IMG/VR virus record: IMGVR_UViG_3300028840_004184
Location: 64,001-128,000 of that record
Origin: a virus
Direction: 5' to 3' (one strand)
DNA length: 64,000 nt
The notes under the pieces are model-generated. The model saw only the letters and a list, made by a program, of their open reading frames with translations, made no database searches and had not been told where the DNA came from. Below, in pieces: positions 1-9,765 of this stretch. Within the stretch, counting starts at the first letter, position 1. Every line of letters starts with the position of its first letter. The translations under genes were made by a program, and so were the position numbers.

Positions 1-4
1 TGGT

Positions 5-1480
5 ATGATTACTGTTGCTGGTGGAGGAGGCGGCGGTAGTGCCGCTGCTGGTAGTGGTATCATGTCTATAAATGGCGAAACTGGGCCAACCATAACTAAC
101 CAAAGCTCTGATAATACCATAAACATCACTGTTCCATCAACTAATATTATAGATTATTCTTGTAGTGGTTTTGTTAGTGGTGTACAGCAACAAATAGAGG
201 CGAAGCTTGCTGTGTCTGGGCAGACATTTTTGTCTGCTATCAATGCGTCTGGGCAAGTACTGTTGTCTGTTAATAGTGCGTCAGGCCAATACCTATGGAC
301 ACAACTAAATGTATCTGGTCAGTATATTCTATCTAGTGTTGTGAGGTCAATTGGTGTCCAGGGTGGTGCCGATTTAAATGGTGACGTAGATCTTTTATCC
401 ACTAGTGGGTTTATAATTATAGGTGATAATGCTGGTAGTAGTCCAGTATCTTTCGACGTAGATATACATGCCCTATCTGGGTTTTGGGGACTTGGTAGTC
501 TCGGGGCTGGTAACGTTGCTTCGGTTGGTGTTTTGGGTGGTGCTGATCTAACGGGCGATATTGATTTTTCAGATCCAAGTGGATTCATAGTGTGGGGCGA
601 TACCGCTGGTGCAAATCCGATTACTGCAAGCATTGACACCCATGCTCTTTCTGGGTTATGGGATCTAAATTTAATTAATTTAAATCGACAAGCCATTCAT
701 TCTTCGGGGCAGGTATTATTATCCGAAAATAGTGCGTCGGGTCAGTATTTGTGGACACAACTAAAGGTATCAGGCCAGCAAATTTTGTCTAGTGTTGTAA
801 GATCGATTGGTGTTCAAGGGGGGGCAAACCTGAGTGGTGATGTGGATCTTGTATCATCTAGTGGTTTTGTTGTCCTGGGTGATAACACTGGGACAAGCCC
901 CATATCATTTGATGTTGATATTCATTCTTTGTCTGGTTTCTGGGGACTTGGAAGCCTTGGGGCTGGTAATGTTACTTCAGTGGGTGCTTTAGGCGGTGCT
1001 GATTTAACAGGTGACATTGATTTTTCTGATCCAAGCGGGTTTATTGTTTGGGGAGATACTGTTGGTGCTAGTCCAGTCACTGCTAGTGTTGATATCCATG
1101 CTCTTTCAGGTTTTTGGGGCTTGAGTCAGATTGATCTAAATAAACAGGCTGTAATAGCATCCGGGCAGGTATTGTTAAGTAATACTGCTGACCACAATAG
1201 CTTGGATGGACTTCAGGGTGGTACAGGCGGACAGTATTATCATCTTACGGAGGATGAACATAATAATACGGTGCCTCGTAAATATTATGGGTATTTTAAT
1301 AACTTTGGTAGTGGGTATTTTAATCATGGACTTAATACAAAGTTATTGACGTGGGGTGTATATGCCTCAGGCACAACCGTTGATGCCATCGAGCCGGATC
1401 AGTTTAGGGTCATGGATGAGGATCATATATTTTTAAAGTTCAATTCTGAAGAAACCGGCCTAGTTGTTATTATGGGGTAA
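5..1480 (+). CDS. Tail-fibre-like virion protein with internal 152-aa tandem duplication (may begin upstream of the window)
   Basis: Gly/Ser-rich; 456-nt period repeat (nt 275 vs 731); repeated GGADLxGDxDx..SGF..LSGFWGL modules; C-terminal 'HNSLDGLQGG...YYHLT' and 'HGLNTK' segments typical of phage tail proteins. Confidence 0.65.
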   Translation: MITVAGGGGGGSAAAGSGIMSINGETGPTITNQSSDNTINITVPSTNIIDYSCSGFVSGVQQQIEAKLAVSGQTFLSAINASGQVLLSVNSASGQYLWTQLNVSGQYILSSVVRSIGVQGGADLNGDVDLLSTSGFIIIGDNAGSSPVSFDVDIHALSGFWGLGSLGAGNVASVGVLGGADLTGDIDFSDPSGFIVWGDTAGANPITASIDTHALSGLWDLNLINLNRQAIHSSGQVLLSENSASGQYLWTQLKVSGQQILSSVVRSIGVQGGANLSGDVDLVSSSGFVVLGDNTGTSPISFDVDIHSLSGFWGLGSLGAGNVTSVGALGGADLTGDIDFSDPSGFIVWGDTVGASPVTASVDIHALSGFWGLSQIDLNKQAVIASGQVLLSNTADHNSLDGLQGGTGGQYYHLTEDEHNNTVPRKYYGYFNNFGSGYFNHGLNTKLLTWGVYASGTTVDAIEPDQFRVMDEDHIFLKFNSEETGLVVIMG

Positions 1481-1498
1481 ACATAAGATAGGAGTAAG

Positions 1499-2959
1499 AT
1501 GCATAAGTATATATTAACAATTATGTCTTTGCTTATACTGATGTGTGGTTTGGTACACGCTAGTGAGATCTGGGTCGATACAGATGGTGGTAATGATGAT
1601 AATGTAGGCACCAGAGAGTCGCCAATAAAGTCTCCTAATATTGCTGTGGGTAGACTCGGTGAAGGTGGTGGAATCGTACATATAAATGCTGATGGTTTCG
1701 CTCCATGTTACGAATCGTTACACCCTGGTATGATTATTTATGATAAAAATAATCCGCTTATTATAGATGGTCATAACAATACTATTTTTTATGGCTTTGA
1801 TGGTGATTTTGATGATTTTGACCCTATCAATCAGCCAGTTCGTAATTATCATGTTGTTGGTGTGATGGATTGTCACAATGTTATTTTTAAAAATTTCGAG
1901 ACATGGGGTGGTGTTACCCAAGCTTTTGGTTTAAATGATTCTTATCCAGATGTTGGTTTACATCATATCACTTTAGATAATATAACCGTTCGTTATGGCC
2001 GAGACCGTGGCATTTTTATGGGTGGGAGCAACATTTCTAACATAAAAATTCTTAATAGTCACATAACAGAAACAGCATATGGTGATGTGACGCACGGAAT
2101 TTATTTATCCGGTGGTATTTGGAGCGGAGACTATCCGCCGATTAGACATATTACTATAAAGAATACTACAGTAAGTTATTCAACTGGGCGACATGGTATC
2201 CAGCTTAATGGTCGTTTTGAGCATGTTATGATTGAAAATTGCTCTTTGTTTCATAATGAATTAGCTGGTATTAGTTTGATGGGGTGTAGGTTTGTAGAAG
2301 TAAAAGATTGTCTTATATACGGTAATCATAAACAAGGTATTGTTATATCTGACTATTTTGATGATCATTACTGGGACCCCGATGATGAGGCCAGCGTCAC
2401 TGATTGGCGTAGTAGTCATCATTCCAGTGGCTGGATGTATATACATCATAATACCATCGTAGTTGGTCCTACTCAATGGCATAGAGATGGTCATCACAAC
2501 AATATACCGGGTGGACATGGGTGTATAGCTATTAATAATGCCGCTAGAGCACAAATTATAGATTATGAAATGGGTCCATATTTTATATATAATAATATCC
2601 TATGGACTCCTGGGCCTGTTTCTCTTGCCCTAGGTAGTCAGTATAAGGGATACCATGGTGAAGCCAACATGCTTTATGTGCATAATAATATTGTGTGGTC
2701 TAGTGGGTCCGATGATAGTCCGTTGGTGGTGGTTCATAGGCATATGGGGCGATATTCTTATGATTTCCTTGAGGGTATATTGGGTAATTTTTTTATAAAC
2801 AATAGTGTTCATGATCCTGAATTTAATAAAATACCAGTATATGATTTCGTGGATCTAACAAAGCCACCCTATCGTTTCAATTGGTCAGAGCATATTTCGT
2901 CAGCAGATTTATTTTCTATAAAATGTAGAAAGTTGGGGATTGGTAGACGCAAGAGATAA
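1499..2959 (+). CDS. Right-handed parallel beta-helix (pectin-lyase-like) protein with N-terminal signal peptide
   Basis: 'IWVDTDGGNDDNVGTRESPIKS' start motif, PbH1-like repeats (NITVRYG, HGIYL, NCSLFHN), hydrophobic N-terminus ending VHA. Confidence 0.75.
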   Translation: MHKYILTIMSLLILMCGLVHASEIWVDTDGGNDDNVGTRESPIKSPNIAVGRLGEGGGIVHINADGFAPCYESLHPGMIIYDKNNPLIIDGHNNTIFYGFDGDFDDFDPINQPVRNYHVVGVMDCHNVIFKNFETWGGVTQAFGLNDSYPDVGLHHITLDNITVRYGRDRGIFMGGSNISNIKILNSHITETAYGDVTHGIYLSGGIWSGDYPPIRHITIKNTTVSYSTGRHGIQLNGRFEHVMIENCSLFHNELAGISLMGCRFVEVKDCLIYGNHKQGIVISDYFDDHYWDPDDEASVTDWRSSHHSSGWMYIHHNTIVVGPTQWHRDGHHNNIPGGHGCIAINNAARAQIIDYEMGPYFIYNNILWTPGPVSLALGSQYKGYHGEANMLYVHNNIVWSSGSDDSPLVVVHRHMGRYSYDFLEGILGNFFINNSVHDPEFNKIPVYDFVDLTKPPYRFNWSEHISSADLFSIKCRKLGIGRRKR

Positions 2960-3015
2960 TTTATTAGTGTATATTGATGAGAAAGAGCCTTTTAAAACAC
3001 ATAAGGGACAGATAG

Positions 3016-5190
3016 ATGATACGTAATGGCAATATTATACCTAGGGCTAGTGGTCACCCAGAGGGGTCTGTGCTTGGTAATGCATGGACGCCGTGGGGCG
3101 AAGTGCATATGGAAAGCGGTGTTTTCCATAACCTAGTTGGTGTATCACAATCTGGTGTTATAAGATTTGATCCTTACAATAATGGTCTTGAGTTTAGTAA
3201 TGATGGTGGAAAAACATTCGATAGTTTTGGTAAAATCACCAGCCTGGGTGTTATTGGCGATGCAGACCTAACCGGAGATATAGATCTTTCAGTACCAAAT
3301 AGTGGTTTTATGACTATTCAGGATACTGGTGATGCCAGCCCATTATCTTTCGCCGTAGATCATTTAGGTTTGTCTGGCCTATGGAGATTCCCGACTCAAG
3401 GCCTTAGTAACGTAGTTAATAATATAAGACAAATCGGAAATACTCCGTTACAGGGTGTTGTCAATTTCCAAACCAAGTCTAGCGGCTTCATGTCAATTAC
3501 GCAAAATGGTCAAAATCTCCAGTGGCAGGTTGATTACCATGCACTTTCGGGACTATGGGGCTTATCACCCAGTAGTGGTATCGCCGCCGTAAATCAGCAG
3601 GATGGTCAATATTTAACCTTAATAGGTGATGACTCTGTTTCTATAGAAAACCCCGCTGATGACGTTATACAGGTCGTGTGTAGCGGTATAACTTCTTCAG
3701 GCGAGGTCAACTTTTTGCCTACGACCATGATGACGGTTTCTGGACAAAAGGTTCAGTATGATATGCATCATCCGGCTGGTAATGCTGTGACGTATCGTTT
3801 TTATGACTGGAGTACATTTGGGCATTATCGTGTTGGTAATGACAACGATCCTGATTATCATGGTTCACCTTTTACATTACACCAAACATCTAAAGGAACT
3901 ATAGAACAGAGGGCTATGTTATGGATTTACAATTTAGTTAGAGTAGATCCTAACGACATTGCCGCTGGTTATTATGGCTGGGTTATGGAAAACCATAACG
4001 TACAGATTAATACTGTGGCTGGTCAGAGGCCGATTGTTGCTCAACCTACCGTAGGTTTGTCAAGCGGTATAGCTACTTTTGACGGAGAAGGAGTTCTTCC
4101 TTACAACCATGTTTCTGGTATACAGTCCACGAGAGATATACGTTTGGAAGCCACCGATAATATCTATATGTTTACCATGTTGGGTAATCGTCCCGAAGTT
4201 AATGGTAGCGGGATAGCGTTGCTTGGTGAACCAAGAGTGTTATCATCTATAAACGATGAAGATGGTCCTGATATTGATATCATAGGAGATGACTCTATTT
4301 CGATAGATGTTCCGGCAAGTGATGTTATCCAAGTTATATGTAGTGGTGTTGCTTCGTCTGGTACTTTGTTGCTTGATGCTACGCAGAATTTCGACACTAT
4401 GGCTGGGGGAAATGTTCTTCATTCTGGTGCTGGAAATTTTAAGACTTATGTTTACAATAAAAATTATTCGATTGGTGAGGCATCTGGTGTTGATAACTAT
4501 GATATCACTAAGACCCCCACTAATATATACGGGTTCGCTACATCTAGTGTACGACTAGATGCTCTTAACATATACCTTTATCCTCAAACCAATTTACACG
4601 TTGGTCATAGTAGTAAACTTAAAGATAAAACACCATGGAATATTAATTTTTACACACGTAATCAATTCAGACTATTTTATGATGGTGCCCAAATAACAGT
4701 TAATAACAAGAGACTCCCCGAGGGGTACGGCCAATTCTATGCTTATATGAGTGCTGCCAATTCTGGTATTCCAACTTTAATATCTGGTAATAGGGGCGTT
4801 ATTCCATGGGGTGCTGAAGAAATAGAAGATTCTGACTATTTCACGCATGCTACAGCGTGGCCAGGATACAACACCCATGTTTATGTAGATAGAGATGGTG
4901 TGTATGAGATCACATATACTGTTACTACTGATATATCTGTTGGTACGACAAGAACTGGTTGTCGAGGTCAGTGCAAAATAAATAATACAACATTAGTTCC
5001 TGGATCAACAACCTATACTTATAATAGAACTTTGGGTGCTGGTAAAGACACAATGACATGGAAGGGTACTCAGGAATTAAATAGTGGGGACTCCATAACT
5101 GTCGAGGTGGTGGAGTATGGTAATTCAACTAACTGTGTAGCCGTTCAAGGGGCATGTTCTATACATGTAAAATGGGTCAGAGATAGTTAA
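3016..5190 (+). CDS. Tail-fibre/receptor-binding-like protein with C-terminal C1q/TNF-like jelly-roll
   Basis: Shares the GDADLTGDIDL..SGF..LSGLW module with 5..1480; C-terminal 'VYVDRDGVYEITYTV...LNSGDSITV' C1q/BclA-like pattern. Confidence 0.6.
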   Translation: MIRNGNIIPRASGHPEGSVLGNAWTPWGEVHMESGVFHNLVGVSQSGVIRFDPYNNGLEFSNDGGKTFDSFGKITSLGVIGDADLTGDIDLSVPNSGFMTIQDTGDASPLSFAVDHLGLSGLWRFPTQGLSNVVNNIRQIGNTPLQGVVNFQTKSSGFMSITQNGQNLQWQVDYHALSGLWGLSPSSGIAAVNQQDGQYLTLIGDDSVSIENPADDVIQVVCSGITSSGEVNFLPTTMMTVSGQKVQYDMHHPAGNAVTYRFYDWSTFGHYRVGNDNDPDYHGSPFTLHQTSKGTIEQRAMLWIYNLVRVDPNDIAAGYYGWVMENHNVQINTVAGQRPIVAQPTVGLSSGIATFDGEGVLPYNHVSGIQSTRDIRLEATDNIYMFTMLGNRPEVNGSGIALLGEPRVLSSINDEDGPDIDIIGDDSISIDVPASDVIQVICSGVASSGTLLLDATQNFDTMAGGNVLHSGAGNFKTYVYNKNYSIGEASGVDNYDITKTPTNIYGFATSSVRLDALNIYLYPQTNLHVGHSSKLKDKTPWNINFYTRNQFRLFYDGAQITVNNKRLPEGYGQFYAYMSAANSGIPTLISGNRGVIPWGAEEIEDSDYFTHATAWPGYNTHVYVDRDGVYEITYTVTTDISVGTTRTGCRGQCKINNTTLVPGSTTYTYNRTLGAGKDTMTWKGTQELNSGDSITVEVVEYGNSTNCVAVQGACSIHVKWVRDS

Positions 5191-5210
5191 TTGGAAGGGT
5201 GTAATTTATA

Positions 5211-5579
5211 ATGTCTGATGAAAAAAAGACCGCACTTAGCGGCACTCCGTGTGATGATTGTCGAGTGCATGATACTTTGTGTTTGCGTGTAGATTACGTG
5301 GAAAGCGATCACGAGGATCTGAGGGAGAGTCACAACGAAGGAAAAAGAGTTATATGGCAAAGTATTAATAAGTTAAACGACGAGAAGGTTAGTTTCAGAA
5401 ACTTCAAGATGTTCATGTCCTTAATTGTAGCTCTTCTTTTATTGGGTGCTGGATTAATTGTAGAAACTCGCGTGGCTGTGGTTAAGGAGTTAAGCGAGAT
5501 ACGCAAAGAGTTGAATGGAAAGATAGAGACGACTAAGGCGATCGAAGGCAAGGAGATAAAATTGAAGCCAGGGGAATAA
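5211..5579 (+). CDS. Small membrane protein (coiled coil + one TM), holin-like position
   Basis: TM segment MSLIVALLLLGAGLIV; last gene of the structural operon. Confidence 0.4.
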   Translation: MSDEKKTALSGTPCDDCRVHDTLCLRVDYVESDHEDLRESHNEGKRVIWQSINKLNDEKVSFRNFKMFMSLIVALLLLGAGLIVETRVAVVKELSEIRKELNGKIETTKAIEGKEIKLKPGE

Positions 5580-5592
5580 AGAGGGAGGTTGT

Positions 5593-5625
5593 ACCGCCTA
5601 CAGAATTGTAGGCGGTATTTTTTTT
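5593..5625 (+). terminator. Intrinsic terminator between convergent genes
   Basis: TACCGCCTACA-GAAT-TGTAGGCGGTA hairpin followed by a T tract. Confidence 0.8.
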
Positions 5626-6604
5626 ACCCGTCTAAAACTACTAGTGTATTGTTGTTTGCATCAGAGCCCATCCTAGCATTTCCTTTGTCCGATAATTCTC
5701 TGCCCCTTGAAGTTATTTTAATATACCCCTTCTGCAAAAGAAACGGCTCTACTAATGTTATTATATCTTCTTCGGGTAGCCCAGACATAGCCACGATGCT
5801 TTTTAAGCCAGACACACCGTGTTCTCTCAGTATAGACATACACAAGAGGTCTTCTTTTGTGCATCCGTCTTCTTCGATGCTATATATATTGCAAAATGCC
5901 TTAAAGTGATCCATGGTAATCTTTTTTGCATTATTCATATCCAGAAACGCGGCGAATGTCTTAAGACGCCCCTTTGCTCCTCTAGGGTTTCTCCCTATCC
6001 TGGAGAGAGCTATCATTACATTATTCGGGATATCGAGATTGGTGTTTCTTTTAATGATTTCCACCATTTCATCTTCGGTATAGTCATCAAATGTTATTTT
6101 CATGATCCTGTCGAGGATGGTGTCTCTTAAGCATCCACGATGAGTAGTCCCAAGGATAAAGGAAATATTAGTAGGTAAAACAGCTTTAATTATATCTCCC
6201 TTTTGAAAAGTTTTTGTTTTGCCGCTTTCCGTGTTATAGGTTTTCTTTGTGGGACTAGAAAAACATAATGTAGCAGGTTCTTCAAGTACAGACAGAAGGT
6301 TTTCCTGTATGCCCTTTGGTAACTCGTGTGCCTCGTCCAGGAATACTAAAAAATGCTTGTGTGGGTTGGATCTGGCCTTATTTATGTCTTTGAGAAAGGC
6401 CATAGGGGTTTCAACAGACGTGGAGTTAATATAAATAAGCTCAGCCCCCATCTCTTCTGCTATTAATTCGCTTATGAAGGATTTACCCATGCCCTTAGTA
6501 GCGAATATACCAAGGTGAGGCATCTTTCCCATAGATCCCTCGTGGATAGCAATCCTAAGCTGCATTTTTACTCGGTCCTGTCCAACGAATTTCTCAAATG
6601 GCAT
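5624..6604 (-). CDS. ruvB: Holliday junction branch-migration AAA+ helicase RuvB-like
   Basis: FEKFVGQ start, Walker A GMGKS, Walker B FLDEAH, 'GTTHRGCL..TILDR', C-terminal 'VEPFLLQKGYIKITSRGR'. Confidence 0.9.
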   Translation of the reverse strand: MPFEKFVGQDRVKMQLRIAIHEGSMGKMPHLGIFATKGMGKSFISELIAEEMGAELIYINSTSVETPMAFLKDINKARSNPHKHFLVFLDEAHELPKGIQENLLSVLEEPATLCFSSPTKKTYNTESGKTKTFQKGDIIKAVLPTNISFILGTTHRGCLRDTILDRIMKITFDDYTEDEMVEIIKRNTNLDIPNNVMIALSRIGRNPRGAKGRLKTFAAFLDMNNAKKITMDHFKAFCNIYSIEEDGCTKEDLLCMSILREHGVSGLKSIVAMSGLPEEDIITLVEPFLLQKGYIKITSRGRELSDKGNARMGSDANNNTLVVLDG

Positions 6605-6630
6605 TTCAACGTTCCTTTAAAATTAACCGA

Positions 6631-7230
6631 CTATTTATTAAGTATAGCTATGACCTTCTCCCAGTGGGATCTGGCTTTTGCGGCAACTTCTTTATCCTTT
6701 TGTTTACGGAGCAAGTATGAAGGATGATATGAAAACGCAACAGGGCATTTAAAATCGTCTATCGCGATCTCATGACTTGTATCACATAGCTCGCCTAGAT
6801 TATCCACCTTATCTTGACCTATAAGGGCCTTAGCAGCAGCAGCACCGAGTCCTAGAATAACCTTGGGTTTTATAAGATAAATTTGACACATTAGCCTACG
6901 ATTGCAGGCCAAGATCTCTTCATTAAAGAGCGGTGTTCTGTTACCAGGAGGGCGACACAGAACTGTATTTGTAATATAGGTATTTTTGTCTCGTTCCAAC
7001 TTAAAGAATTTCAGTATTTCATCAAGCTTTTTCCCCGCCCTTCCTACGAAAGGTATGCCCTGTTCATCTTCATTTTGGCCGGGGGCTTCACCGACAATAA
7101 ACAGGGGGGCGAATACATTGCCCTCCCCGAGCACTATATTTTTTCTTACGGAGCTAAGTTCACAATTTTTACATGAAGAAGCTGCTTCTTTAAACAGATT
7201 ATGCAATGTTTGTTTTGCTGAGAAATCCAT
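6631..7230 (-). CDS. Uracil-DNA glycosylase family 4 (Fe-S)
   Basis: CxxCxL, GEAPG, PFVGRAG, TNTVLCRPPGNR and YHPSYLLR motifs. Confidence 0.93.
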   Translation of the reverse strand: MDFSAKQTLHNLFKEAASSCKNCELSSVRKNIVLGEGNVFAPLFIVGEAPGQNEDEQGIPFVGRAGKKLDEILKFFKLERDKNTYITNTVLCRPPGNRTPLFNEEILACNRRLMCQIYLIKPKVILGLGAAAAKALIGQDKVDNLGELCDTSHEIAIDDFKCPVAFSYHPSYLLRKQKDKEVAAKARSHWEKVIAILNK

Positions 7231-7251
7231 ATGTTGTTTCCTTAAAATGAA

Positions 7252-7506
7252 TTATCGTCTTTTCCTATTGTTTCCTACTCTGTATGGGGGAATTGTTTTG
7301 TTGTATCTTGGCGAATGATTGTCGGGTATACGTCGATCATGCTCATCTATTTCATTGCAATTCGTACACTTTGATATAGATGATGGTAGTATCGACACGA
7401 GATCTCCCGGCTTCAGTTCTATCCTATTTCCTTTATACCACTGAGATCCGCACTTTTTACATTCAACTAGACTCAGTGTTTTCGGTGGCATTTGATTCAT
7501 CTTCAC
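7252..7506 (-). CDS. Small Zn-binding hypothetical protein
   Basis: Two CxxC pairs; co-oriented in operon. Confidence 0.55.
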   Translation of the reverse strand: MKMNQMPPKTLSLVECKKCGSQWYKGNRIELKPGDLVSILPSSISKCTNCNEIDEHDRRIPDNHSPRYNKTIPPYRVGNNRKRR

Positions 7507-7891
7507 TCATCTCCATTATAATACGTGCTGCCATCTCTGTCAAGACATTTTTACTTTTTGGTGAAAAATTTTTGAACTGCCTTACGGTATGATTATTGCT
7601 TGGTAGTACTTTCATTTTGCGTTTTAGTGTTTTATTTCCTATATTTTTTTCATTATATCTGAATACTGGTATAGCGGCTTTCTTGTTAACAAGATGTATG
7701 GCCATAGCCACAATATCTTTGTTCTCTTTTAAAATTTCCGATATATGTTCCTTAAAATTGTCTATTTTACAATATGTTGTATTGTTTCGCTTTTTTTTAG
7801 TATTATATTTGATCTGGATTTTTGTGTCGGGTTCGACTCGTGCATCCCTTTTTAGACTTTCATAGAAGCCTGATAGGTTTTCCCACTTCAT
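7463..7891 (-). CDS. Basic hypothetical protein
   Basis: ORF with upstream GGAG, operon context. Confidence 0.65.
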   Translation of the reverse strand: MKWENLSGFYESLKRDARVEPDTKIQIKYNTKKKRNNTTYCKIDNFKEHISEILKENKDIVAMAIHLVNKKAAIPVFRYNEKNIGNKTLKRKMKVLPSNNHTVRQFKNFSPKSKNVLTEMAARIIMEMSEDESNATENTESS

Positions 7892-7911
7892 GTATTTCGT
7901 ACTCCACAGAA

Positions 7912-8190
7912 TTACTTTTCGTATGTCGTTAATTCAGAATTTAATGTTGCTATAATATCAAGTAGGTCGTGTTCTAATGCAAAACCTAAAGCTTCTTGTT
8001 TGGTAATCAATTGCCATTGACCTCCTCCCGCCCCTGAGTTCCAGTGTCTTACCCAGTTGTTTTTTACTGTTCTATAAAATGTGAATGTTTGTCCTCCTAT
8101 ATTATATGGTATATATTGGGTAGCTGATATAATGTCAAACCACCATTTTTTTCCTGTTGAATCTGTTATAACTTGTTCTATATGTGCCAC
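7912..8190 (-). CDS. Hypothetical protein
   Basis: GTG start preceded by AAAGGAGG. Confidence 0.7.
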   Translation of the reverse strand: MAHIEQVITDSTGKKWWFDIISATQYIPYNIGGQTFTFYRTVKNNWVRHWNSGAGGGQWQLITKQEALGFALEHDLLDIIATLNSELTTYEK

Positions 8191-8259
8191 TTTTCTTGCC
8201 TCCTTTCACATATGTTATTTCCTAATGAATATACACTAAAAGGAAGCTTCAGTTAAATT

Positions 8260-8469
8260 TTAATCGTCTGTGACAATGAAACCGTAGTCGTGATCTTCGT
8301 CTACCATATCTATCAAAAAACCATCATCTACTACCTGTTCGTCTAGTTGGAGGGCCTCAGTTTGCTCTTCTTCTGCTTTTTTATTATAGTAGTCTATGAT
8401 CTTACTTAGTATATATAATATCACGAATATGGCGAATATATAGAACGCTATGTGGTCTGAAGTTATCAT
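8260..8469 (-). CDS. Small single-TM protein with acidic tail
   Basis: N-terminal TM helix. Confidence 0.6.
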   Translation of the reverse strand: MITSDHIAFYIFAIFVILYILSKIIDYYNKKAEEEQTEALQLDEQVVDDGFLIDMVDEDHDYGFIVTDD

Positions 8470-8472
8470 TGC

Positions 8473-8679
8473 TCAAACGCCGCAGGGCTTCTGCGGTCTC
8501 CTTTTTTCTTTCCCTCTACGTGGGCATTTATCTGCTTTTACCAGTTTGTAGCAGAATGGCATATTTTCTGTGCCACGGTAAATTCCCCCACGAGATATGC
8601 CATATTTACAGTGACATTTTTTATGCCAGGGGCATGCTGGTACCCTATATTCGCATTTTCTTATTCTTATATTACTCAC
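8473..8679 (-). CDS. Small Cys-rich hypothetical protein
   Basis: Overlaps the stop of the upstream gene. Confidence 0.5.
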   Translation of the reverse strand: MSNIRIRKCEYRVPACPWHKKCHCKYGISRGGIYRGTENMPFCYKLVKADKCPRRGKEKRRPQKPCGV

Positions 8680-9155
8680 TTTTGTAAGTCACTCCACTGT
8701 AGTAAGTTAATCGGTACTTTGTACGCAGGTTTGTTGCCTGCCGTGAACCATTTGACCAGTTCGCATCTTGCTGCTATCACTTTACATTGTCTAACCCCTA
8801 TTAAGGTAAACTTAGGTACGTTTTCTTTCCATCCGTTTACCATAAGAATTTGGGCCTTTTTACGTATGCATGTATGAAGCTTACCCTCCTTAAGATGAAA
8901 ATGGGTTGGGCACATTGGATTAGCATACTGAATTTCCACCAAGCCAAGTTTTTCTATTTCGTAGTCTGGGTCTGTGGTGACGTTTTTATTGTTTCTGATA
9001 AATCTGCCGCTATTGTCTGACCCTTTGTCCCAATATTTTAGGTCGGTTTTGCCAATTGTTTTAAGCCAGCATTTCAGTATAGTCACCTGATCTCGGGTGC
9101 TCCGCTTAATGTCTTTTCTAAACTCCTCTTCGGTCCTTCTATCAAATCTACTCAT
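8676..9155 (-). CDS. Putative PD-(D/E)XK-type nuclease
   Basis: 'PDYEI...VEIQY' pattern. Confidence 0.45.
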   Translation of the reverse strand: MSRFDRRTEEEFRKDIKRSTRDQVTILKCWLKTIGKTDLKYWDKGSDNSGRFIRNNKNVTTDPDYEIEKLGLVEIQYANPMCPTHFHLKEGKLHTCIRKKAQILMVNGWKENVPKFTLIGVRQCKVIAARCELVKWFTAGNKPAYKVPINLLQWSDLQK

Positions 9156-9251
9156 ATTATACCTTCTTTTCCTGTAAAGTCAAGGAAGTTTTGCCCAGAA
9201 TTTTTAAGTCCTGGGCAAATACTGTTCTACCTTACGAGATTTTAACCGAAC

Positions 9252-9752
9252 TTATTCGTCGAAAAATGGAGATGATTCATTATTTCCCACATGTTCGTTC
9301 GCTATAAGTGGAGAATCTTGGGTCGCGGTTACAACATCAACTCCCTGTTCCTCTTGAGTTTCGGCCAATACGGGGGTGTCGGCCTGGGGCTGGACAAGAT
9401 CCTGTATGTGTGATAGATTAAGATTTACTTTGTTCCCTCCGAGTGCCTCAACCTTGTTGTTAAGATTAGTGAAAGTCTCGAAGGTTTTTTTGGGATCATC
9501 AATGCTTGTCACATCCCGAAGTGCCTGTTTAGCATCTTGAACTGCTTTGCTTAGTTTGTTCATTTTTTCAAGGATGATCACGATATTTTTCCGCTGTTGT
9601 GTAGCCTTTTTTAATTCGGCTGGAGACTTGTGTTTTTGCTCAATGCTTTCAATTAGGGCCACAGCACGGGGGTCGTTCTTTTCCCAACCAGCAGCTTCAA
9701 TAACTCGCTTGGCTCGATCGAGGTCGATTACTCGTTTGGTTCTTCGCTTCAT
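9252..9752 (-). CDS. Coiled-coil hypothetical protein
   Basis: AAGGAG SD, helical composition. Confidence 0.65.
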   Translation of the reverse strand: MKRRTKRVIDLDRAKRVIEAAGWEKNDPRAVALIESIEQKHKSPAELKKATQQRKNIVIILEKMNKLSKAVQDAKQALRDVTSIDDPKKTFETFTNLNNKVEALGGNKVNLNLSHIQDLVQPQADTPVLAETQEEQGVDVVTATQDSPLIANEHVGNNESSPFFDE

Positions 9753-9765
9753 GTGTAGTTACTCC

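Noticed and set aside
250-1170. Tail-fibre duplication as a DGR template/variable repeat pair
   Set aside because: Differences are mostly synonymous and not adenine-specific, both copies are in frame, and no reverse transcriptase is in the window
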